Of a DNA stretch of 64,000 nt, positions 16,478-25,494 are shown piece by piece. The position numbers were made by a program, and so were the translations under genes. The stretch spans positions 15,125 to 79,124 of the forward strand of contig CAYJSE010000002.1 in NCBI GenBank assembly GCA_964372765.1. The letters are read 5' to 3'. This stretch comes from an uncultured Planctomycetia bacterium. GTDB lineage: Bacteria > Omnitrophota > Gorgyraeia > 2-02-FULL-51-18 > CAYJSE01. Position 1 is the stretch's first letter. Every line of letters starts with the position of its first letter. The notes under the pieces were generated by a model. The model saw nothing but the letters and a program-made list of their open reading frames with translations. It ran no database searches and was not told where the DNA came from.

Positions 16478-17326
16478 ATGGCGACTTTCAATCCTAGAAA
16501 CCGCGTTAGTACACTGCGCATTTTAAGGCGCCGCGAGATTCCGGAAGGCCTTTGGACCAAGTGCGACGAGTGCGGCGAGATCATCTACAACAAGACGCTC
16601 GAAGAAGATTTTAAGGTCTGTCCCAAGTGCGAGTACCATTTTACGCTTTCGGCGCCCGAGCGTATCCTGCAGCTCATGGATGAGGGTAGTTTTAAGGAGA
16701 TGGATAAGGGGTTGTGCGCCAAAGACCCGATCCACTTCCGAGGTCCCAAATCCTATCCGGCTAAATTAAAGGAAGACCAGGCGGCCACGGGCCTTGTGGA
16801 TGCCGTCGTGACTGGGGAGGGCCTGATGAACCAGCGTCACGTGGTGCTGGGCGTTACGGATTCCCGTTTTATCATGGGTTCGATGGGTTCGGTGGTGGGT
16901 GAAAGGATCACACGCGCGATCGAGTGCGCGACGGCTAAAAAAATACCGCTCGTGATCGTTTCGGGTTCCGGCGGCGGCGCGCGTATGTACGAAGGGATGT
17001 TTTCACTGATGCAGATGGCCAAAACGTCGGCGGCGCTTGCGAAACATCATGAAGCTGGGCAGTTATTTATTTCTGTGCTCAGCAACCCGACGATGGCCGG
17101 CGTTTTGGCGAGCTTCGCGTCCCTTGGGGACATTATTTTGGCCGAACCACGGGCGCTGATCGGGTTTACCGGCCCCCGAGTAATCGAGCAGACGATCCGC
17201 CAGAAACTTCCGGACGGATTTCAAACATCAGAATTTCTTCTGGAACACGGCATGATTGACCGTATCGTGCACCGCCGGCAGCTCAAAAACACACTGTCGC
17301 AAATCATGGACTATCCGAGCCGTTAA
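16478..17326 (+). CDS. accD: acetyl-CoA carboxylase carboxyltransferase beta subunit AccD
   Basis: N-terminal zinc ribbon (CDECGEIIY...CPKCEYH) and the carboxyltransferase domain (GSMGSVVGE). Confidence 0.9.
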   Translation: MATFNPRNRVSTLRILRRREIPEGLWTKCDECGEIIYNKTLEEDFKVCPKCEYHFTLSAPERILQLMDEGSFKEMDKGLCAKDPIHFRGPKSYPAKLKEDQAATGLVDAVVTGEGLMNQRHVVLGVTDSRFIMGSMGSVVGERITRAIECATAKKIPLVIVSGSGGGARMYEGMFSLMQMAKTSAALAKHHEAGQLFISVLSNPTMAGVLASFASLGDIILAEPRALIGFTGPRVIEQTIRQKLPDGFQTSEFLLEHGMIDRIVHRRQLKNTLSQIMDYPSR

Positions 17327-18432
17327 TGGCCCAAGTCAGTCTCGTCAACGTCTGCAAAACCTATTCGGGCAATATTCAGGCCGTGATCGACGCGAATCTC
17401 GGTATTGAGCGCGGAGAATTCATGGTGCTGGTCGGCCCGTCGGGCTGCGGCAAGACCACGTTGCTGCGCGCGATCGCGGGGTTGGAGGAAGTGACAACCG
17501 GCAAGATTTATATCGGCAACAAGATCGTCAACGACATCCCTCCCAAAGACCGCGACATCGCGATGGTGTTTCAAAATTACGCGCTGTATCCCCACATGAC
17601 TGTATTTCAGAATATGGCGTTTGGTTTGAAACTGCGCAAGTACCCCAAGCATGAAATCCAATCGCGCGTGACGGACGCCGCGGAGATTCTCGGTATTCGT
17701 CAGCTCCTAGACCGCAAGCCCAAGGAACTCTCAGGGGGCCAGCGGCAGCGCGTGGCGCTCGGTCGCGCGATCGTGCGCAAGCCGCTGGTATTTTTATTTG
17801 ACGAACCTTTAAGTAATCTCGACGCGAAGATGCGCGTCCAGATGAGAACCGAGATCAAGAAGCTTCATCACCGCCTGCAGACGACGATGATCTATGTGAC
17901 GCATGACCAGACCGAGGCGATGACGCTCGGGGACCGCATCGTGGTCTTGAAGGACGGTGTGATCCAGCAAGTGGCGGATCCTTTGACGCTTTACAATTAC
18001 CCGACCAACAAATTTGTGGCGAGCTTTATCGGCAGTCCGCCGATGAATTTCCTGAACGGCCGCGTGGTTCGTATCGAGAATCGTTTTTATTTTCAAAATG
18101 GCGGGTTTCGCACGCGCATTAGCGACGCCGCTAAACAGAAAATAGCCGCTTTCGAGAATAAGGAAGTCATATTCGGGATTCGTCCCGAGGACATCTACGA
18201 CAAGCTGTTCGCCTCGGAAGCGTCGCCGGAGAACACGGTGCGCGCCGCCTGCGAAGTGGTGGAGCCGATGGGCGCCGAGGCGTACCTGTATCTTCGCTCG
18301 GGCACAAACAGCACGTTTGTCGCGAGAGTTTCCGGCAATATTCATCCGGACGTCAATCAGGAGCTGGATTTAGTGTTTGACATGGGCAAAGCCCATTATT
18401 TCGAGCCTTCAACCGAGAAGTCCATCCTTTAG
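17326..18432 (+). CDS. sugar-type ABC transporter ATP-binding protein (MalK/UgpC family), orphan (no adjacent permease/SBP)
   Basis: Walker A GPSGCGKTT, the ABC signature LSGGQRQR, Walker B LFDEPLSNLD and a C-terminal MalK-like regulatory domain. Confidence 0.85.
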   Translation: MAQVSLVNVCKTYSGNIQAVIDANLGIERGEFMVLVGPSGCGKTTLLRAIAGLEEVTTGKIYIGNKIVNDIPPKDRDIAMVFQNYALYPHMTVFQNMAFGLKLRKYPKHEIQSRVTDAAEILGIRQLLDRKPKELSGGQRQRVALGRAIVRKPLVFLFDEPLSNLDAKMRVQMRTEIKKLHHRLQTTMIYVTHDQTEAMTLGDRIVVLKDGVIQQVADPLTLYNYPTNKFVASFIGSPPMNFLNGRVVRIENRFYFQNGGFRTRISDAAKQKIAAFENKEVIFGIRPEDIYDKLFASEASPENTVRAACEVVEPMGAEAYLYLRSGTNSTFVARVSGNIHPDVNQELDLVFDMGKAHYFEPSTEKSIL

Positions 18433-18449
18433 TCTCCGGGAGGTGTCTT

Positions 18450-19862
18450 TTGCCGCCGCTGTTGCTGCCGTTCATCGCTTTTTTTCTATGGCTTTTTGCC
18501 GTTTTTTCCTACGTACCGGCATTAAAATTGGATATTTCTTTAACGCTCCAAACAGTTTGGGCGCTTTTTTTTATTTCCGATCTCGTTGTCATTCTCGCGT
18601 GGGCTTTTTCGGGGCCGCTCGCGACGGCGCTCTTGACGGCCGTATTTTCGCTCGCGACGTTGTACATGGCGCTGGTCTTGAAAGACGCGACGTATTTGCT
18701 GCAGATTTTGTTTTACGCCGGTGTCTACACAATCACGTTCACGTACCTGCAGGATGTGCGGAATCGCGCGCAAAACCAGGAGGTCAAACGTGAACGACTG
18801 ACCGAGGATCTCAATGCCACGCGTGAGGACATCGTCAAAAAGGGCCTGTTGGAAGAAGCGCTGCAAAAAAAACTGCGGCGGTTTTCGGATCTGCAGAGGT
18901 TTTCGGAAGATTTGAAAGAGATTCATCGTTTGGATGACGCCTACGAAAAACTCGTGAACCAGGCTTACACGATGCTTGGCAAAGCCGAAAGCGCCGCGCT
19001 GTATCGGGTGGACGAAAGCCGCCAGGATTTGGCGCTCGTCGCGAGCAAAAAAAAGGACGCCGCGAGCGCGATCAAGGAAAAAGAGGGAAGCGTGTTTGAC
19101 CGCTGGGCGATGAGACACTCGCACGCGGTGTTGGTCGAAGACGCGCGCAGTGATTTTCGTTTTTCGATCGACGCGGCGCGCGCGGATGTTTTGCGCTCAC
19201 TTTGTTCGTCGCCGCTTTTGACGGAAAAAAGGGTGCTGGGTATCCTGCGCGTCAGCTCCTCGAAACCGCAGAGCTTCAGCGCCGACGACTTGAGGCTTCT
19301 GGATATCTTGTCGGACTTGGGCGCCGTGGCGCTGCGCAATATTTCGCTTTACGACGAGATGGCGGAGCTCGCGGTGCGGGACAGCCTCACGGGTTTTTAT
19401 GTGCACCGTCATTTTCAAACCGAACTCGCCGATCAGGTGCGCCGCGCCTTAACGGCGGGAGAGCGTTTTTCTCTGTGTCTTTTGGACATCGATCACTTTA
19501 AGCGCTACAACGATCAGTACGGACATCCGGCCGGGGATCTCCTTTTAAAAAACATTTCGATGCTTGTGCGTGAATATTTAAGACCCGTGGATATCGCCGC
19601 GCGGTACGGCGGCGAGGAGTTTGCGCTCGTTGTGCCGCAGGTGGAGCCCAAGGAAGCGCTGGCGCTGGCCGAAAAAATCCGTAAAGGCGTCGAGCAAAAC
19701 GAGTTTATTTTGAGACGGGATTTGACGCGCGTGACGGTTTCGATTGGCGTGGCTCATTTTCCGCGGGACGGCCGGTCCAAGGAAGAGCTTTTGTGGACCG
19801 TGGACAAGAACCTCTACAAGGCGAAAAGTCTGGGGCGCAATCGCGTATGTGGCAGCAGCTAA
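18450..19862 (+). CDS. membrane-anchored GAF-GGDEF diguanylate cyclase
   Basis: N-terminal TM helices, a GAF-like middle region and a GGDEF domain with RYGGEEF. Confidence 0.85.
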   Translation: MPPLLLPFIAFFLWLFAVFSYVPALKLDISLTLQTVWALFFISDLVVILAWAFSGPLATALLTAVFSLATLYMALVLKDATYLLQILFYAGVYTITFTYLQDVRNRAQNQEVKRERLTEDLNATREDIVKKGLLEEALQKKLRRFSDLQRFSEDLKEIHRLDDAYEKLVNQAYTMLGKAESAALYRVDESRQDLALVASKKKDAASAIKEKEGSVFDRWAMRHSHAVLVEDARSDFRFSIDAARADVLRSLCSSPLLTEKRVLGILRVSSSKPQSFSADDLRLLDILSDLGAVALRNISLYDEMAELAVRDSLTGFYVHRHFQTELADQVRRALTAGERFSLCLLDIDHFKRYNDQYGHPAGDLLLKNISMLVREYLRPVDIAARYGGEEFALVVPQVEPKEALALAEKIRKGVEQNEFILRRDLTRVTVSIGVAHFPRDGRSKEELLWTVDKNLYKAKSLGRNRVCGSS

Positions 19863-21166
19863 CGTTAAGCGCGCTTTGGTTCGTAGCTTTGTTTTTAAGC
19901 GGGTTTTCTAAAAGAAAAACACTGCGTCTATCGGTCGCGGCGCTGGGAGTCGCGGCCGCGGCGTATTTTTTCTTTCTACCTTACGTGGATCCTTGGGCGT
20001 GGGCTTATTATTTGATATTTTCGACGCTCGTATTTATCGCGGGTTCCCGATTCCGCCGGTGGGCGTTTTCGGGAATTTTTTCGTTGGAACACCGCGTGCA
20101 GTCTCTTTCGAAGAGTCTGAGGCAGGAAAAAGAGACCTTTGAGGAAAAAACGCGCAGCACCGAGTTCGTCGATCGTGAAGCCTCGAGAATCGCGCGCATT
20201 TACGAAAAGTCCAAACAGATGTCCGAGAGTCTGGACCCGTTTGAAACATTTTTGGTGTTTGGCGAGGCGCTGTATCAGCATTTTCAGTTTCAGGAGATCA
20301 AACTGGTGATCTTTGAAGAGTCCGCCAAGCGTTTCGGCGCGCAGTTTTGCTACAGCTTGAACCACGGGATATTCCGGGATCTCTATGACCGGGGCGTGAT
20401 CCTTAAAGATCGTGACAAAGTGAAGTCCCAGGTGTTTCCGTTCGATGAGAGGCTCTTTGAGGAACTCGCGAAGACCATGGAGCCTGTCTTTCAGGAGTCG
20501 CCGCCCGTTCTGGCGTATCCGGCGCTCGTGGGCAACCAGATCTTCGGAGCGCTGTTGGTGATGGGAGTGGCGCTAAGGGACGTACCGCTTTTTTCGATTC
20601 TTTCACAGCGGTTTATCGCTGAATTGAAGCGCGTGAAGCTGTATCAGAATATTCAAGAGATGGCGATCACGGATGGATTGACCGAGGTGTATGTGCGCCG
20701 GCATCTCGATACGCGTTTGCAGGATGAGGTGGCGCGCAGTCATGAGTTTCGGCGCAAGCTCTCCTGCATCATGATCGACGTCGACGATTTTAAGCAGTTC
20801 AATGACCGTTACGGGCATCTCGTGGGGGACGTGGTGTTGCGCGAGGCCGCGAAAACGATCAAGGCCAATATCCGCGAGATCGATGTGGTGGGCCGCTACG
20901 GCGGTGAAGAGTTTTGCGTGGTGTTGCCCGATACGGATGAAAACGGCGCGTTTTTCGTGGCCGAGAGAATCCGCCGCGCGGTGGCTGAAAAGAGTATCAA
21001 GGCCTACGACGAGGTGTTGAGCGTGACGTTGAGCGGCGGGATCGCGACATTTTCAAATCGGCTAAACGACGCAAGCTCGCTCGTGGAGGCGGCCGATTCG
21101 GCGCTGTATCAGGCGAAGCGTCAGGGAAAAAACAGAGTATGTTTATTTACAGTGGGTGGCGCATGA
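19847..21166 (+). CDS. second membrane-anchored GAF-GGDEF diguanylate cyclase (tandem paralogue)
   Basis: RYGGEEFCVVLPD. The start is set to the ATG at 19847 (MWQQLTL), overlapping the upstream stop by 16 nt. Confidence 0.8.
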   Translation: MWQQLTLSALWFVALFLSGFSKRKTLRLSVAALGVAAAAYFFFLPYVDPWAWAYYLIFSTLVFIAGSRFRRWAFSGIFSLEHRVQSLSKSLRQEKETFEEKTRSTEFVDREASRIARIYEKSKQMSESLDPFETFLVFGEALYQHFQFQEIKLVIFEESAKRFGAQFCYSLNHGIFRDLYDRGVILKDRDKVKSQVFPFDERLFEELAKTMEPVFQESPPVLAYPALVGNQIFGALLVMGVALRDVPLFSILSQRFIAELKRVKLYQNIQEMAITDGLTEVYVRRHLDTRLQDEVARSHEFRRKLSCIMIDVDDFKQFNDRYGHLVGDVVLREAAKTIKANIREIDVVGRYGGEEFCVVLPDTDENGAFFVAERIRRAVAEKSIKAYDEVLSVTLSGGIATFSNRLNDASSLVEAADSALYQAKRQGKNRVCLFTVGGA

Positions 21167-22065
21167 AGAAAAAGGTGGCGGTCGGAGTGGACATTGGCGG
21201 CACGAGCGTCAAGCTCGGACTTGTTGATGAAAACGGGAAGGTTTTGGCGCGAGAATCGTTTATCACGAAAAGATATCCGGGGCGCAAACGGCAGCTTGCA
21301 GCGCTTGTGGAGCGTATTTCAGGACTTCGGAGCTGGGCGGGGAAAAAAGGTTACGCGCTTCTCGGCGTCGGTGTCGGGGCTCCGGGGCCCGTGGACGTCG
21401 AGCGGGGTTTTGTCTATTTTTTTCCGAATATTCCGGGTTGGAAAAATACGCCTCTTAAGTTGCTTTTGGAAAAAAGACTGGGTCTTGGCGTCACGGTGGA
21501 CAATGACGCCAATGCGATGGCGTTCGGCGAGTATCGCTTTGGCGCTGGCCGGGGGGCGCGGAATATGATCGCGCTGACGCTCGGCACTGGGATCGGCGGA
21601 GGGCTTGTGATGGATGGAAAGCTGTTTCACGGCCCGAAATTTTCAGCTGTGGAAGTCGGGCATATCGTGATCGATCCCGCAGGTGTCCGCTGTGGCTGCG
21701 GCAATCGCGGATGCGTGGAAACGTTTGTTGGCAGCGGCTATATTTTTCGGAAAATCCGCAGGACGCCCCAACAGGCCGGCTTAGCGGCCCGGAAAGGGGA
21801 TCGGCGCGCTTTGAAGATGTGGAAAGAGGCCGGTGAGGGTCTAGGAACCATGCTGGCGGGCCTCGTCAACGTGCTGAATCCCGAAAGAATCGTGCTCGGC
21901 GGCGGCATCGCGCAGAACGGAAAACTTCTTTTTGAGCCGGTCCGTAAAACGATTCAAAAAAAGGCCTTTTCCATAGCGGCACGTTCTGTTAGAGTAGTGC
22001 CCGCCAAGCTCGGCGTGGACGCCGGTTTGATCGGCGCCGCAGCGCTCATTTTTGGATCCGAATGA
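21163..22065 (+). CDS. ROK-family glucokinase
   Basis: GVDIGGTSVKLGLVD, a CxCGxxGC zinc motif (CGCGNRGCVE) and no HTH domain. Confidence 0.8.
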   Translation: MKKKVAVGVDIGGTSVKLGLVDENGKVLARESFITKRYPGRKRQLAALVERISGLRSWAGKKGYALLGVGVGAPGPVDVERGFVYFFPNIPGWKNTPLKLLLEKRLGLGVTVDNDANAMAFGEYRFGAGRGARNMIALTLGTGIGGGLVMDGKLFHGPKFSAVEVGHIVIDPAGVRCGCGNRGCVETFVGSGYIFRKIRRTPQQAGLAARKGDRRALKMWKEAGEGLGTMLAGLVNVLNPERIVLGGGIAQNGKLLFEPVRKTIQKKAFSIAARSVRVVPAKLGVDAGLIGAAALIFGSE

Positions 22066-24149
22066 CAAGAAGATTTCCTTTTCTACTACTTTTTTTATTT
22101 GTCAGTCTAAATCCCGGGGCTAGTTTTGCCGATGAAAAACCCATCGAGGTTCACGGCGATACGGTGGAGTATTTTCATGAGGAAGGTAAAGTGGTAGGCG
22201 TGGGGCACGTGTCTATTGATTACGAAGATGTGCGGTTGACCGCCGATAAGATTACGGCTTACTTAAACATCAAACAGGCGGTCGCGGAAGGCAATGTGGT
22301 GTTGAACCAGCCGGGAACCGTGATGAAAGGCGAGCAAGCCACCTACGATTTTGCGAAAAAATCAGGCCAAGTTTCAAACCTAACCGCGCAGATTCAACCC
22401 ACCTATTTCGGAAAAGCCGAAACCGTCGAACGCGTCGCCGAAAATCACTACCGTTTCAGCGATGCCTATGTGACCACCTGCTGCAGCGACGCGCCGTTTT
22501 ATAAAATCCAGGCCCGGCAAGTGGATATCTATCCCCAGAACAAAGTGGTGATCAGAAACGCTCTGCTCGTGGTGCGCGGCGTGCCGATTCTTTTTATCCC
22601 GTACTATGTGCAGCCGTATATGGATTTTGACCGCTTCCCGGTGCAGATTGTGCCGGGAAAAAATTCCCAGTGGGGCGCTTTTATCTTAAGCAAGTGGCGG
22701 TATCATTTGATCGACTCGCCGGCGCTTGCCTCAAAAGGCAACGTGTTGGTGGACTACCGCGAAAAGCGCGGGTGGGGCACGGGGTTCGAGAATTTTTACC
22801 GAAGCGAGGCGTTGGGGCGCGGAGCGCTGCGGCTTTACTACGCGGATGACGATAACCCGCCGCTCGATGCCGACAACGACCGCTACCGTGTGCAGTGGCG
22901 CCATCAGATGAAGTTAACGAAAAACACGACGCTCACCGCCGAACACAACAAGCTGAGCGATCGCGATCTTATTAAAGATTTCTTTTTTCGGGAAGAGTAT
23001 GAGCGCGAGGTGTTTCCGGATAACTACCTTTCCATCATCACGGCAAAACCGGAGTACACTTTAAGTATTTTGGACCGGGAGAGAGTCAACGATTTTCAAA
23101 CCGTGGTCGAGCGCAGTCCCGAAATCCGGTTTGATACGCGCAACCGGGGTTTCGCGGACACGCCCTTTTACTGGAGATCCGAGCATCAGTTTTCCAATCT
23201 AAAAAAAGAGTTTGCAGACTCCGGCAGCCAGCTTGATCTTGTGCGGCACGACACGAACCACACGCTGACCTACGCGGGGCGCATCGGGGATCTGGCCGTG
23301 ACGCCGCATATCGGCACGCGTCAGACGATCTATTCGCGCGATGCGCGCGGTGACGAGGCCCAGGTGCGCGGCATCTTTGACGGCGGCGTGGACCTGAGCA
23401 CGCATTTTTTTAGAACCTACGATTTCTCGACGCGCGCGTGGGGGCTCGACTGGAACCGGATCCGCCATGTATTTGCGCCGTCGGCGAGCTACCATTTCCG
23501 TCCCAATCCCACGGTGAGCCGGACAACGCTGCAGGAATTTGACGCGCTGGACGCGCTGGACAAACAGCATTTTATCCGCTTCAGTCTCGACAATAAATTT
23601 CAGACTAAGGAGCACGGCGCCGATGGCTCTCTCCAAACGCGAGAGATCACGCGCGTGATCCCATTTTTTGATATGGATTATCACCAGGATCGCATCCAAA
23701 ATGTGGGGCTAGACGTCGAATTTAGGCCGTACTCATGGATGGGCATCGAGTCGGACGTGGTGTATGACACCGATATCGACGCGGTTACCACGGCTAACGC
23801 GGATTTTTATTTCGATCGCAACAACGTGCGATTTGGGCTGGGACAGCGCTATATTCGCGAATCGAGCAGCCAAACCACGGCCCAGGTGCGCTGGACGGTG
23901 AACCAGGATTTGGCCGTCACGGTTTATGAGCGCTATGAGTTTCATGAGAGCCGGCAGAAAGAGTTTGAAATCGTGCTTTCCAAGACGCTGGACTGCGCCG
24001 TGATGGATCTCACGTACAATCACCGCGAGGGCGAAAACAGCTTCTACGTGGCGTTTCGTCTGAAAGGCTTTACGAAATCCTCCTACGATCTGAACCAATC
24101 CTACAACCGCCCCAAGTTGTCTCCTCGGAGTTCCAGTCTGCGGTCATGA
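22062..24149 (+). CDS. lptD: LPS-assembly outer-membrane protein LptD (OstA family)
   Basis: Signal peptide, an N-terminal OstA/LptA-like beta-jellyroll and a long C-terminal beta-barrel region ending in an aromatic residue. Confidence 0.75.
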   Translation: MTRRFPFLLLFLFVSLNPGASFADEKPIEVHGDTVEYFHEEGKVVGVGHVSIDYEDVRLTADKITAYLNIKQAVAEGNVVLNQPGTVMKGEQATYDFAKKSGQVSNLTAQIQPTYFGKAETVERVAENHYRFSDAYVTTCCSDAPFYKIQARQVDIYPQNKVVIRNALLVVRGVPILFIPYYVQPYMDFDRFPVQIVPGKNSQWGAFILSKWRYHLIDSPALASKGNVLVDYREKRGWGTGFENFYRSEALGRGALRLYYADDDNPPLDADNDRYRVQWRHQMKLTKNTTLTAEHNKLSDRDLIKDFFFREEYEREVFPDNYLSIITAKPEYTLSILDRERVNDFQTVVERSPEIRFDTRNRGFADTPFYWRSEHQFSNLKKEFADSGSQLDLVRHDTNHTLTYAGRIGDLAVTPHIGTRQTIYSRDARGDEAQVRGIFDGGVDLSTHFFRTYDFSTRAWGLDWNRIRHVFAPSASYHFRPNPTVSRTTLQEFDALDALDKQHFIRFSLDNKFQTKEHGADGSLQTREITRVIPFFDMDYHQDRIQNVGLDVEFRPYSWMGIESDVVYDTDIDAVTTANADFYFDRNNVRFGLGQRYIRESSSQTTAQVRWTVNQDLAVTVYERYEFHESRQKEFEIVLSKTLDCAVMDLTYNHREGENSFYVAFRLKGFTKSSYDLNQSYNRPKLSPRSSSLRS

Positions 24150-25441
24150 AGATAGCGGTGGTGGGTTGCGGGTATGTGGGTCTAGTGTCGGGCGCTTGCT
24201 TCGCGAGCCTCGGTCATCGGGTGACTTGCGTGGACGTGGACGCCGAGAAAATAAGACTTCTAAAAAAAGGCGGCATCCCCTTTTACGAGCCGGGTCTCGA
24301 AGAACTCGTTGCCCAGGATTTAAAAGAGAAGCTCATTTCATTTACGACCGATCTCCGGGCCGCGACCCGATCCTCAGACGTTATCTTTATCGCGGTGGGA
24401 ACTCCGCCGCGGCCGAGTGGCGAGGCGGATTTGAGCTACGTCGAAAACGTGGCTGTGACCATCGCGAAAGAAATCCGTTCCTACAAACTCGTGGTGGAAA
24501 AAAGCACGGTGCCCGTGCACACCGGCGAGTGGATCCAAGAGACGCTCGAGCGGCATGTCAAAACGAGAGCTCTTTTTGACGTGGCATCGAACCCTGAATT
24601 TTTAAGGGAAGGCAGTGCCGTGAACGACTTTATGAATCCGGACCGCATCATCTTGGGCGTTGAGTCTAAAAAGGCGAAAGACATCTTGACCGCTCTTTAC
24701 AAGCCGCTTAAAAGCCCGATCGTTGTCACGAACCTGCAAAGCGCCGAGATTATCAAGCACGCTTCTAACTCGTTTTTAGCCACGAAGATTTCATTTATCA
24801 ACGCGATCAGCCGGGTCTGCGACGCGGCCGGCGCCGATGTGGAGGAAGTAGCGCGTGGCATGGGCCTTGATCGGCGCATCGGCCGTGATTTTTTGAACGC
24901 CGGCATCGGTTTTGGCGGTTTTTGTTTTCCGAAAGACCTTGCGGCTTTTGTGCGCATCTCGGAAAAGCTGGGTTATGATTTTGAGCTGCTTCGTGTCGTC
25001 GAGAAGATCAACGAGGATCAGAAGAAAGTATTTTTAACCAAAATTGAACAGGCGATTTGGAATATCCGGTCCAAAACCATCGGTGTTTTGGGGCTTTCGT
25101 TTAAGCCTAATACGGACGATATGCGTTACGCGCCGAGTGTGGACATCATCGAGGCGCTGCAGGCGCACGGCGCTGTCGTGAAGGCGTATGATCCGCACGC
25201 GATGCCCAAGGCCCGGAAGATTCTGAAAGGCGTGCGGTTTTGCAATGGTATAGACGAGACGGCCAAGGGCAGTGACTGCCTCGTGATTTTAACCGAATGG
25301 AACGAGTTTAAGAATATGGATCTATCAAAGGTCAAAAAGCTCCTGCGTCAGCCGGTGATCGTGGACGGTAGAAATATGTACGATCCCCGGGATATGAAGC
25401 GGCTTGGATTCAAATATTTTTCAATCGGAAGACCGGTGTGA
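24146..25441 (+). CDS. ugd: UDP-glucose 6-dehydrogenase family nucleotide-sugar dehydrogenase
   Basis: A Rossmann fold (MKIAVVGCGYVGLVSGA) and the catalytic cysteine region GFGGFCFPKD. Confidence 0.85.
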   Translation: MKIAVVGCGYVGLVSGACFASLGHRVTCVDVDAEKIRLLKKGGIPFYEPGLEELVAQDLKEKLISFTTDLRAATRSSDVIFIAVGTPPRPSGEADLSYVENVAVTIAKEIRSYKLVVEKSTVPVHTGEWIQETLERHVKTRALFDVASNPEFLREGSAVNDFMNPDRIILGVESKKAKDILTALYKPLKSPIVVTNLQSAEIIKHASNSFLATKISFINAISRVCDAAGADVEEVARGMGLDRRIGRDFLNAGIGFGGFCFPKDLAAFVRISEKLGYDFELLRVVEKINEDQKKVFLTKIEQAIWNIRSKTIGVLGLSFKPNTDDMRYAPSVDIIEALQAHGAVVKAYDPHAMPKARKILKGVRFCNGIDETAKGSDCLVILTEWNEFKNMDLSKVKKLLRQPVIVDGRNMYDPRDMKRLGFKYFSIGRPV

Positions 25442-25494
25442 GAAGTGTGGAAATTTGTTGGCGGCTGGGTTAGCATAAGGCCACGATAAAATCT

